From Vulcanimicrobiota bacterium (GTDB lineage Bacteria; Vulcanimicrobiota; Vulcanimicrobiia; Vulcanimicrobiales; Vulcanimicrobiaceae): a DNA stretch of 23,739 bases. Shown here piece after piece: positions 8,457 through 16,610 of this stretch. The first letter of the stretch is position 1; every line of letters starts with the position of its first letter. Both the position numbers and the translations under genes were made by a program. Location: contig PKZK01000193.1 in assembly GCA_003133025.1 (NCBI GenBank), positions 1 to 23,739 on the forward strand. The letters run 5' to 3'. Under the pieces are notes generated by a model, which had not been told where the DNA came from, made no database searches, and worked only from the letters and a program-made list of their open reading frames with translations.

Positions 8457-8583
8457 GCTCTGTGTCGCCTCCCTAGAAGCCCGGCTCTGTACTTGGAAAA
8501 CACGAAAGCGACGCCAAAGCCCGCCGCGAGGTCTGCGTATTAACCCCGTCCGGGCAGTATTCCTCGCGCAAAAGAAACATGCG

Positions 8584-9915
8584 TCACTTGCCCCCGTTCA
8601 ACTGCTTGATGGCGTTCTCGATGGCCGAGGTGAGCCCGGGGTCGTTCCCCTTCTTCGCCTGCTCGTCGGCCTTTTTTAGGTAGTCCAAGGCTTGCTGCGT
8701 CTTGGTCTTATCGAGGTTGATCACCGAGATGCCCTTGGCGTAGTTGGCGGCCGCGTTGGTCGGATCGGCGGCCAGCGCCTTGTCGGCGTCGGCTCCGGCC
8801 TTCTCCGTATTCGGATCGCTCTTCGCGGTCGGATCCGGCTTGATCGACAAATATGCCAGGGCCGCACGCGCGTAGAAGGGCCCGGCCGATTTGGGCAGCG
8901 CGACGGCGGCCTGCTCGAAGAGCGCGGCCGCGTCGGCGAACTTCCCGGCGTTTTGCAGCGCGTTCCCACGACTCACGAACGACTGTTCGAGAATCCCATC
9001 CGCGTTCGACGACGGATCGATCTGCTTGGCCTCGGCGACGGCGGTCTTGGCCTTGTCGAAGTTGCCGCCGCGTACGTACGCCTGCACCAGGTTCGAGTAG
9101 ATGATCGACTGCTGCTTGGCCGTCGCGTTCTCCGTCTTGGCCAGATCGCGAGCTTTCTCGAGCGCGGCGACCGACGCGGGATAATCCTCGGCCGAGAGTT
9201 CCGCGAACCCGAGCACTAAATACTTATCGAACGTCTCCGAATACCCGACCGCCTTCTTCGCCAACTCGACGCCCGTCGCCGAATCTTTTGCGGTCACGGC
9301 GTCCACCGCGGCGTCGGCATACGCCTTGGAAGCCGCCGCTTTGAATTCCACCGGGATGCTTCCGGCCTTCTCGAATGCGGCGACCGCGGCTTTGGGCTGG
9401 TTGAGCAGATTTTCCGCCAGACCCAGGTAGAGTTCGGCCTTCGGGTCGTCGGGATGCGAGCTGAGATAGGCCTCGAGCTTCGGCTTCGCATCGGTGGAGT
9501 TGCCGACTTCGATCATGCGCCGGTACTGCTCGAGTTCGGGCAGATTCTGCTCGCCTGCCGACGAGGAACCGTTCTCGGTGAATTTGAGCGTGAAGTCGTA
9601 GAAGGCCGTCTCCTTGACCTTGCCCCGGGTCGCGGGTTTATAGGTCGAGGATTGGGCGATCTCGAGCGCGGCCTTGTCGTCGGCCGCGTTGCTCGAGTGG
9701 ATCACGCCCTGCACCTTGAACGTGCCGTCCTTGTTGACCAGCACCTTGATCACGACCGTGCCGGCGCCGCCGATCGGGCTCTTCGCCGTGCCCTTGGTGG
9801 CCAGCGTCGGCGGCTGGTAGTAGGCAAACGAACTGGGCGGCGGCGTCTGCGCCACGGCGGCTGCCGGAACGAAGACGGCGGCGGCGCAGAGCGCCGCAAG
9901 CGGGACGCGGACCAT
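8584..9915 (-). CDS. Secreted protein: N-terminal TonB_C-like domain followed by TPR repeats
   Basis: Signal peptide (ending AVA-Q); GTVVIKVLVNKDG..VIHSS..DKAALE..YKPA...G is TonB_C-like; repeated helical Y..LG.A TPR patterns; GAAAGG SD. Confidence 0.85.
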   Translation of the reverse strand: MVRVPLAALCAAAVFVPAAAVAQTPPPSSFAYYQPPTLATKGTAKSPIGGAGTVVIKVLVNKDGTFKVQGVIHSSNAADDKAALEIAQSSTYKPATRGKVKETAFYDFTLKFTENGSSSAGEQNLPELEQYRRMIEVGNSTDAKPKLEAYLSSHPDDPKAELYLGLAENLLNQPKAAVAAFEKAGSIPVEFKAAASKAYADAAVDAVTAKDSATGVELAKKAVGYSETFDKYLVLGFAELSAEDYPASVAALEKARDLAKTENATAKQQSIIYSNLVQAYVRGGNFDKAKTAVAEAKQIDPSSNADGILEQSFVSRGNALQNAGKFADAAALFEQAAVALPKSAGPFYARAALAYLSIKPDPTAKSDPNTEKAGADADKALAADPTNAAANYAKGISVINLDKTKTQQALDYLKKADEQAKKGNDPGLTSAIENAIKQLNGGK

Positions 9916-9937
9916 GGTAGACCTTTCGAGGCGAGCG

Positions 9938-10777
9938 CTATTTGGGCAGGCGGGACGCCGTGGCCGCGGCGAGCTCGAAGAGGGCTTCGAGCGACTCCAC
10001 GCGACCGGCTTCCAACGCTTCCGCAGCCTCGGACAGTATGGAGATCAGCGCCCTGACTTCCTGCGCGACCGCCGGCTCATTTTGTTCCAGGATCGGACGC
10101 CACATCGACCAGGGCGACGCCGCGAGCCGGGTCATCGAGGCCATGCCCGGGCCGCACAGCGCCCCGGCGTCACGCCCCTCCCACGCTTCGCCCAGCCGCG
10201 CCGCGAGCGCGATCGAAACGAGTTGCGGCAGATGCGAGGTCAGGGCGAGCGCGCGATCGTGCTCGCCGGCCTCGACGGCCACCGGGCGGGCGCCGGTCGC
10301 CGCGATCAGTTCGATGGCGGCGCTTCGCGCCGGCTCGGGCGCGCCGGCCTCGTACGTCCAGACCCGGCCCACGAAGAGCCCCGCCGAAGCGGCGGCCGGC
10401 CCGCTGCGCTCGGAGCCCGCGATCGGGTGCGTGCCCACGAAGCTCGGCAGGCTCGACGCCGCCGCGCGGACCGGCACCTTCAGCGAGGCGACGTCGATCA
10501 CGAGCCGCGCCGGCGGCGGGCTCGCGGCCAGACGTTCCAACAGCGCCACGGTGGCGTCGAGCGGCAGTGCGATGGCCAGCCAATCGCAGCCCGCGAGCAG
10601 TTCCTCGAGCGACGCGGCGCGCCCATCGAGCGCACCCGTCTCCAGGGCGACCGCGGCGTGCTCGGGCCATTCGTCCCAGCCCGCCACCCGGAAGCCTGCC
10701 GCGCGCGCGGCAAGGCCGAGTGAGGCGCCGATCAAACCGGTCCCGACGATGCCGAGCAGGCCCGGTCGAGACGTCAG
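9938..10777 (-). CDS. tyrA: Prephenate dehydrogenase (probable CTG start)
   Basis: GIVGTGLIGAS Rossmann motif, IDVASLK, FVGTHPIAGSE, EHDRALALTSHLPQ, TRLAAS. Confidence 0.93.
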   Translation of the reverse strand: MTSRPGLLGIVGTGLIGASLGLAARAAGFRVAGWDEWPEHAAVALETGALDGRAASLEELLAGCDWLAIALPLDATVALLERLAASPPPARLVIDVASLKVPVRAAASSLPSFVGTHPIAGSERSGPAAASAGLFVGRVWTYEAGAPEPARSAAIELIAATGARPVAVEAGEHDRALALTSHLPQLVSIALAARLGEAWEGRDAGALCGPGMASMTRLAASPWSMWRPILEQNEPAVAQEVRALISILSEAAEALEAGRVESLEALFELAAATASRLPK

Positions 10778-11817
10778 ACGGCGAACGCCTTGGCCGGCAG
10801 CCGGCGTCCGACCGCACGCGCGACCGGGTCGAGCCGGTCCATCAATTCGGCGAAGAGCGGCAGCGTCAGCGACTGCGGCCCGTCGGACTTGGCCGTAGCC
10901 GGATTGGGATGAACCTCGACGATCAGCCCGTCGGCGCCGACGGCGACCGCGGCCAAACTCATCGGCGCGACCAGCGCCCGCACCCCGGTGCCGTGCGACG
11001 GATCCACGATCACCGGCAGGTGCGTCAGCGAACGCAACAGCGGCACCGCGGTGAGGTCGAGCAGATTGCGCGTCATCGGATCGTACGAGCGGATGCCGCG
11101 TTCGCAGAGCACGATGTCGTGGCTGCCCGCGACGTAGACGTATTCGGCGGCCATCAGCCACTCTTCGATCGTCGCGGCGATGCCGCGCTTGAGCAGCACG
11201 GGTTTGCGCGCCGCGCCGGCCTCGCGCAGTAAGCCGAAGTTCTGCATGTTGCGGGCGCCGATCTGCAAGATGTCGGCGTAGGCCGCGACGGTCTCGACGT
11301 CGCGCACGTCGAGCACCTCCGTGACCACCGCCAAGCCGTGGGCGTCGGCGGCGTCGCGCATGATCGTGAGACCCTCCAGACCCATGCCTTGGAAGGCGTA
11401 GGGCGAGGTGCGCGGCTTGAATGCGCCGCCGCGCAAGAGGTTGGCGCCCGAACGCGCGACCGAGGCGGCGGTCGCGAAGATCTGCTCGCGCGATTCCACG
11501 CTGCACGGGCCCGCGGCGATCGCCAACGTCTCGCCGCCGAAGGTGACGCCGTTGGGCAGTCGCACGATGGTCGGCTCGTCGCGGCCCTCACGGCTGACCA
11601 GCTTGTACGATTTCGAAATCGGGACGACCGACTCGACGCCGGACATCTCGGCGAACTGTCCGAGCAACGTCTCCTTATCGTGGCTGATGCCGATGACGCC
11701 GACGATCGTCCGCTCGCTGCCGCGGCTGACGTGCGAAGTCAAGCGAGAGGCCGCGATCAGCGCGGTAACCGCTTCGACCTCCGCTTCCGTCGCGGTGGAT
11801 TGCATGACGATGATCAC
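10774..11817 (-). CDS. aroF: DAHP synthase type I-beta with N-terminal regulatory domain
   Basis: [55 protein letters not shown]. Confidence 0.96.
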   Translation of the reverse strand: MIIVMQSTATEAEVEAVTALIAASRLTSHVSRGSERTIVGVIGISHDKETLLGQFAEMSGVESVVPISKSYKLVSREGRDEPTIVRLPNGVTFGGETLAIAAGPCSVESREQIFATAASVARSGANLLRGGAFKPRTSPYAFQGMGLEGLTIMRDAADAHGLAVVTEVLDVRDVETVAAYADILQIGARNMQNFGLLREAGAARKPVLLKRGIAATIEEWLMAAEYVYVAGSHDIVLCERGIRSYDPMTRNLLDLTAVPLLRSLTHLPVIVDPSHGTGVRALVAPMSLAAVAVGADGLIVEVHPNPATAKSDGPQSLTLPLFAELMDRLDPVARAVGRRLPAKAFAV

Positions 11818-12194
11818 TGTGGCGTTGTACTCCGGGAGACGAGGTCGGGACGCAGGCTGACGGCCTTGCGCAGGTAGACGTGGATCATTTCGTGCTGGGC
11901 ACGATCGGTGTTGACGTGAACCAAGACGCGGATGCAGCGTTCGAGTTTGCCCGGCACGCCGATCTCGGTGAAGTTCAGCAGGGGCACCATCGTCCAGCCC
12001 ATCCGGCGCGCCGCCGCCGCGGGAAATTCGGCGTGCAAGTCCGGCGTGACCGTGAAGAGCGCCGAGGCCACGTCTTCGACGATGACCCCATTCTCCGCAA
12101 CGATCTCGCGCACCAGTTCTTCGGTCGCCTCGAGAATCGCTTCCGGCGTATCGACTTCGACGGTGGTAGCGCCGCGGATGCCGCGCAGGATCAT
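11814..12194 (-). CDS. aroH: AroH-type chorismate mutase
   Basis: LRGIRGATT, FTVTPDL.AEFPA, CIRVLV, HVYL...SLRPDL. ATGA and GTGA overlaps on both sides. Confidence 0.95.
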   Translation of the reverse strand: MILRGIRGATTVEVDTPEAILEATEELVREIVAENGVIVEDVASALFTVTPDLHAEFPAAAARRMGWTMVPLLNFTEIGVPGKLERCIRVLVHVNTDRAQHEMIHVYLRKAVSLRPDLVSRSTTPQ

Positions 12195-12937
12195 CCGGCC
12201 TCCTTCGCGTCGAGCTCCGCCCGGGCTTCGCGGCCGACGCGGCGCAGTGCGGAGATCTCGCGATCGGTCGCCTCGCGCCAATGCCCCACCGGCAATTCGC
12301 CGAGCGACAGCGGCCCGAAGCGCAGGCGTACGAGGGAGACGACGGGGTGGTCGGTCGCTTCGAACATCCGGCGGACCTGACGGTTTTTGCCTTCGTGGAT
12401 CGTCACATCGATCTCGGAACTCGCGCCCGACGTCCGCACGACTCGGACCTTGGCGGGCTGCGAGCGCTCGCCCTCGAGTTTGATGCCTTCGAGCAGCGCG
12501 CGCACGTCCTCGGCCTGCAAGCGGCCGCGCACCACGGCGCGATAGGTTTTCTCGACGCCGAACTTGGGATGCGTGAGGATGTAGGCGAGGTCGCCGTCGT
12601 CGGTCATCAAGAGCACGCCGGAGGTGTCGTAATCGAGGCGGCCGACCGGAACCACCCGGCCGAATTCGCGCGGCACGAGCGAGGCCACCGTGCGCCTGCC
12701 GCCGGGGTCGCGCATGGTGGTCATCACCTTGGGCGGCTTGTTGAGCACGAGATAGCGCGGCGCGTCGGCCGCGGCGACCAGCCGGCCGTCGACCTCGACG
12801 CGGTCGGCCGGGCCGACGAGCGTACCGGGCTTGGTGACCGCCTTGCCGTTGACCCGGACCCGGCCGCGCGCGATGAACTCTTCGGCCGCCCGGCGCGAGG
12901 CGACGCCCGCGTGGGCGAGATACTTCTGCAGGCGCAC
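12191..12937 (-). CDS. rluB: RsuA/RluB-family rRNA pseudouridine synthase
   Basis: S4 domain RLQKYLAHAGVASRR, LNKP, PVGRLDYDTSG, EGKNRQVRRM. Confidence 0.92.
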   Translation of the reverse strand: MRLQKYLAHAGVASRRAAEEFIARGRVRVNGKAVTKPGTLVGPADRVEVDGRLVAAADAPRYLVLNKPPKVMTTMRDPGGRRTVASLVPREFGRVVPVGRLDYDTSGVLLMTDDGDLAYILTHPKFGVEKTYRAVVRGRLQAEDVRALLEGIKLEGERSQPAKVRVVRTSGASSEIDVTIHEGKNRQVRRMFEATDHPVVSLVRLRFGPLSLGELPVGHWREATDREISALRRVGREARAELDAKEAG

Positions 12938-13002
12938 GTTGCCGATACGTTCGACGAGCCGCGCCGGACGACCGCCCGGGCGCCGGCCCGGCCCGGAGCG
13001 CC

Positions 13003-13587
13003 TTACGTTCTGAGCTTCTTGGGTCCCGACACGAAGGCCGAACCGGCTTCGAAAAAGCGCAGCACCCGATGGGCCTCACGAGTGAGGCCGATCCGGACGC
13101 TTTCGCCCAGCACCGGGGGCGGCGGACCCGCGGCCAGCCACAGCGGCGAAGCGGGCGCGCAGAGGTCGAGACGGTCGTGGCTGCGGTCGAGCCCGAAGGC
13201 TTGAGCCAGGCGGCCCGGACCGCGCGCCAAATCGGCCTGCACGGTCGTCGCACGGCGACGCTGCATCACCTCGAGACCGAGCAACGGTTCGGCGGCGCGC
13301 ACGAGCACCGCTGCGCCGGTCCCCGCGCGCTCGCTGCTCACGTTGAAACAGTGCGAGATGCCGTAGATCAAATAAACGTAGGCGTGGCCGCGTTCGAGAA
13401 ACATCGCGCCGTTGCGCTGCGTCGCTCCGCGGAAAGCGTGCGACGCCGCGTCATCGGGAAGATAGGCTTCGGTTTCGACGATGCGCGCGGCGATGCGGCC
13501 ATCGAGCGCGTCGTCGCGGACGAGTATCGAACCGATCAGGAAGCGCGCGAGCGCGACCGTATCGCCGGGCAGGTCCGCCCGGCGCAA
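13003..13587 (-). CDS. mpg: DNA-3-methyladenine glycosylase (MPG/AAG family); start TTG 13587 or CTA 13596
   Basis: RIVETEAY, D.ASH, AYVYLIYG.SHCFNV, AVLVRA.EP, GPGRL, RIGL. Confidence 0.94.
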   Translation of the reverse strand: MRRADLPGDTVALARFLIGSILVRDDALDGRIAARIVETEAYLPDDAASHAFRGATQRNGAMFLERGHAYVYLIYGISHCFNVSSERAGTGAAVLVRAAEPLLGLEVMQRRRATTVQADLARGPGRLAQAFGLDRSHDRLDLCAPASPLWLAAGPPPPVLGESVRIGLTREAHRVLRFFEAGSAFVSGPKKLRT

Positions 13588-13592
13588 GCGCT

Positions 13593-14024
13593 TTAGGCCG
13601 CGAGGTTGAGCCAAGCGTCGGCGCGTGCGCGAGCCGAGGCATCGCGCGCGATGTCGTCGTCGGCGGGTTCGACCACTGCTTCGTGAAAGCGATTCAACGC
13701 GCAACGCAGGCGCACGTACGGAACGATCAGCGCATTGGGCATTGCGCGGCGCTCGGCTATGTCTTGCGGCAGACGCTCGTCGTCGATGCGGAAGCGCACG
13801 TTGGAAACGCCGCGCCGGAGTAGTTCTTCCGCCACGGCTGCGAGGGCCGCGTACGCGACGTCGCGGCCGAGTAATGCGGGTAGCGGCCGGCACGCAAACC
13901 CGACCCTGACAGCGGGTCCGCGGCCGCCGCTCCCACCGACGGCGTAGGCGATCCCGCGACCGTCCCGTTCGGCGAATCCGACGGTGACGATTTTCGGCTG
14001 TTGCTCGCGTCGCTGGGTGCTCAT
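13593..14024 (-). CDS. Hypothetical protein, probable degenerate RNase H-like fold
   Basis: GAAAGAGG SD and upstream promoter. Pattern DVAYAALAAVAEELLRRGVSNVRFRIDD...ALNRF parallels RNase HI-like N.AEY.AL..GL......G...V....DS...L..F. Confidence 0.75.
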   Translation of the reverse strand: MSTQRREQQPKIVTVGFAERDGRGIAYAVGGSGGRGPAVRVGFACRPLPALLGRDVAYAALAAVAEELLRRGVSNVRFRIDDERLPQDIAERRAMPNALIVPYVRLRCALNRFHEAVVEPADDDIARDASARARADAWLNLAA

Positions 14025-14043
14025 GCTATACGCCTCTTTCCCA

Positions 14044-14073
14044 AGTCTACATCGAACGTACGTTCGATGTCAA
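14044..14073 (-). promoter_or_regulatory. Sigma70-type promoter with LexA (SOS) box in the spacer
   Basis: Minus strand TTGACA-N18-TAGACT. 22-bp perfect palindrome ACATCGAACGTACGTTCGATGT (14049-14070) contains CGAAC-N4-GTTCG. Confidence 0.85.
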
Positions 14074-15209
14074 CCGGCGCGAGGCACCCGGGCGTCCTCG
14101 ATCAACTCGCCGTAGAGCGCGACGATGCGGCGGGCCGTGGCGCGCTCCTCGAAACGCAGGAGCACGTGGGGCGGAACCGGCCGGCGCAGGGGCTCGGCGA
14201 GCGCGCCGGCGAGGGCGCCGGCGAGCAACGCCGGGTCCGCGCCGGTCACGATGCCCGCCCCGCCCAGCACGTCGCGGGTCTGCGGCGTGTCGACGGCCAC
14301 GACGGGCAGCCCGGCCGCCAGCGCTTCGACGAGCACCAAGCCCTGCGTCTCGCTCGTGCTGGTCGAGACGAAGGCGTCGGCCGAGCGATACACCGCGGGG
14401 AGCGACGCGCGCGGAAACTCGCCGGCGAAGATCGTGCGGGCCGCGATGCCCAGCCGCTCGGCCCGCCGTTCGAGGGCCTCGCGATGCGTGCCGTCGCCGA
14501 CGAGCACCAAGCGCGCGCGGGGGTCGCCGAGCCGCGCGAATGCATCGAGCGTCAACTCGACGTTTTTCTCGCGCCCCAATCTGCCCACCGAGAGCAGCAT
14601 CGTTTGCTGCGCGCCCACGCCCAGCCGCGCGCGCAGCGCATCGTCGCGCCGGCCTTCGGAAAATTGCGCGACGTCGATGCCCGTGGGCACGACCTCGATG
14701 CGCGCCGTCACGCCCAGCGCGCGCAAGCGCGCTTCCATCGCCGCCGTGGGCACGACCACGGCGCCTGCAGCGTTGGCGTACGCGCGCGTCAGCCGCGCCG
14801 CCGCATTGCGCGTGGCGCGCTCGTCGAACGGAACGTAATGCGCGTATTCTTCTAATTGCGTGTGATAGGTGAAGACCAGCGGCACGCGCAGCCGGCGGGC
14901 CAAACGCAAACCCATCCAACCGGTGACGAAGACGGAGTGCGCATGCACGATCGAAAGCGCGTCGAGCGCGCGCCAGGTGCGTTCGCCCGAGACGAACGGA
15001 ATCGTCAAACGATACGCGGTGCGCGTGGGCAGCGGCAACGACGGCACGCGCACGACGAACGCTTGCGCTTCGTGATAGTTGGGCATGCTCGGCGTCACGC
15101 AGGTCACCTCGTGACCGCCCGCGCGCAATTCGCGCGCGAGCGCGTCGACGCTGGCCACCACGCCGTTTTGAATCGGCCGGTAACATTCGGTGAACAGGCC
15201 TACGTGCAT
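14070..15209 (-). CDS. GT4 glycosyltransferase, diacylglycerol glucosyltransferase-like
   Basis: MHVGLFTECYRPIQNGVV, FTYHTQLEEYAHY, VGRLGREKN, SETQGLVLVEALAAGLPVV. Confidence 0.9.
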   Translation of the reverse strand: MHVGLFTECYRPIQNGVVASVDALARELRAGGHEVTCVTPSMPNYHEAQAFVVRVPSLPLPTRTAYRLTIPFVSGERTWRALDALSIVHAHSVFVTGWMGLRLARRLRVPLVFTYHTQLEEYAHYVPFDERATRNAAARLTRAYANAAGAVVVPTAAMEARLRALGVTARIEVVPTGIDVAQFSEGRRDDALRARLGVGAQQTMLLSVGRLGREKNVELTLDAFARLGDPRARLVLVGDGTHREALERRAERLGIAARTIFAGEFPRASLPAVYRSADAFVSTSTSETQGLVLVEALAAGLPVVAVDTPQTRDVLGGAGIVTGADPALLAGALAGALAEPLRRPVPPHVLLRFEERATARRIVALYGELIEDARVPRAG

Positions 15210-15295
15210 CGCCCTCACGCCGGGAACACTTCTTGCAAGTACCTCTCAATTGCCCTTTTCGACGCGCCAAAACACAATTCCGCACTTTTGTCAAG

Positions 15296-15325
15296 TTGAC
15301 GCTGTCGAAAAGCCTGTGCTATCGT
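15296..15325 (+). promoter_or_regulatory. Putative sigma70 promoter for the G5/3D-rsmA operon
   Basis: TTGACG-N18-TATCGT with TGn extended -10; back-to-back with a minus-strand TTGACA (15289-15294). Confidence 0.6.
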
Positions 15326-15327
15326 CT

Positions 15328-15494
15328 GGCAGTTCCGTCCTTGCCACGCTCGCAAGGGCTACGCGGTTTCATCTTCCTACGCTAAGAAGACTCAACCCGC
15401 TACTTCACTGAACGGCGCCTCCCTTGGTCGCGCGGCCCTTTTCCAGGGCCGCCGCAACCAGCGTGACGTGCCGCACGCTCAGAAAGGAGCAGTG
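15328..15494 (+). ncRNA. Candidate structured 5' leader (cis-regulatory RNA)
   Basis: Four predicted stems plus an anti-SD (CTCCCTT 15419-15425) between the promoter and the AAGGAG SD. No known family recognised. Confidence 0.4.
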
Positions 15495-16541
15495 TTGATC
15501 GAACGTGATCACACCGGTGCGACGTATGTCGCCTCGAGCGTCCTGGCCCTCGGCCTAATTTTCGCTTCCCCCGCTTATGGCGCAAGCGCCGCGGAAACGC
15601 CCGCCGTCCAAGCAGCGGCCACGCAAGCGCTCTCCGTCTCCCTGACGACCGGCTCATCCAATGTAGCCTTTTCGACCCACGCGCGCACCGTCTCCGCATT
15701 CCTGCAGGAGCGCGGCATCGCGGTCGCACCCGACGATTACGTCGTGCCCTCGCTCGATAGCGAATTAGAAGATGGGTCACAGATCGTGTTCCGCCCCGCG
15801 GTCGCGCTCGAGCTGCGCGCAGGCGGCGAGCGGATCGCGCTGCGTAGCGCCGCTCCGACGGTCGCAGCCTTGCTCGCCGAGCGCGGAATCGCGCTCTCCG
15901 TTTCCGACGAAATCAGCCCGGCGGTCGACGCGCCGCTGCGTGCGGGAAGCGTCGTTACGATCGTGCGCGTCTCGAGCGAAACCTCGACGACGCTGAGCGC
16001 AATCGCACCCGCGGTGCATCGCCGCTTCGATTCGAAACTCGCGCTGGGGAGTTCGCGCGTCGCAGTTGCGGGCGTTCCCGGATTGCGCGAAACGACCGTG
16101 CGCATCGAGCGTCGCGACGACGGCTCGCGTCCGCGTACGCTGACGTTTTCGCGCGTCGTGCGCGAGCCTCGCGCGAAAGTGCTCGAGGTCGGCATCGCGC
16201 CGCATTTGCCGGAATTCGCCGATGCGGCGCGCGCGGGCTTGGGCGCCGCGGTGCGCATCGCGAATAACGCGTTGCACGTGATGGCCACGGCCTACACCGC
16301 GGGCTGCTACGGCTGCAGCGGCATCACCGCGATGGGCATGCGTGCGGGCCACGGCATCGTCGCCGTCGATCCCAACGTCATTCCGCTCGGAACCAAACTC
16401 TACGTTCCCGGTTACGGCCGCGCGGTGGCGGGCGATACCGGCGGCGCGATCCACGGACGGCGCATCGACCTCGGCTTCAACAGCCTAGCCGAAGCGTTGC
16501 AGTTCGGGCGCCGCGAGATCACCGTCTACGTCTTGCACTGA
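15495..16541 (+). CDS. YabE/RpfB-like cell-wall protein (DUF348 x2, G5, 3D domain)
   Basis: AAGGAG SD then TTG; signal anchor; two TV..L.ERGI....D...P repeats; G5-like G..G..E...V.REP..KV..VG; 3D domain ATAY..AVDP.VIPLGTKLYVPGYG..AGDTGGAI.GRRIDL. Confidence 0.92.
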   Translation: MIERDHTGATYVASSVLALGLIFASPAYGASAAETPAVQAAATQALSVSLTTGSSNVAFSTHARTVSAFLQERGIAVAPDDYVVPSLDSELEDGSQIVFRPAVALELRAGGERIALRSAAPTVAALLAERGIALSVSDEISPAVDAPLRAGSVVTIVRVSSETSTTLSAIAPAVHRRFDSKLALGSSRVAVAGVPGLRETTVRIERRDDGSRPRTLTFSRVVREPRAKVLEVGIAPHLPEFADAARAGLGAAVRIANNALHVMATAYTAGCYGCSGITAMGMRAGHGIVAVDPNVIPLGTKLYVPGYGRAVAGDTGGAIHGRRIDLGFNSLAEALQFGRREITVYVLH

Positions 16542-16610
16542 TACGCCGCGGCGTGCGCTGACATAGACGCTCGGCCGGCACACCCGCGAGCGCTGCTCGC
16601 GGCTCGCGGA

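Noticed and set aside
12944..12954. TCGAACGTA half-match to the LexA box upstream of rluB
   Set aside because: The second half-site GTTC is absent.
12960..13002. GC-rich inverted repeats after mpg as a terminator
   Set aside because: No U-tract, and such stems are expected at this GC content.
9938..13253. Apparent long or fused ORFs (522 aa ending in tyrA, 479 aa ending in aroH; likewise extended folB, folC, mog and moaC ORFs)
   Set aside because: The N-terminal extensions are Arg/Ala-rich off-frame read of upstream genes, not fusions.
15328..15494. c-di-AMP (ydaO) riboswitch assignment
   Set aside because: The conserved GCUGAA and CAGCUAAC-type elements and G-runs were not found; kept only as an unclassified structured leader.
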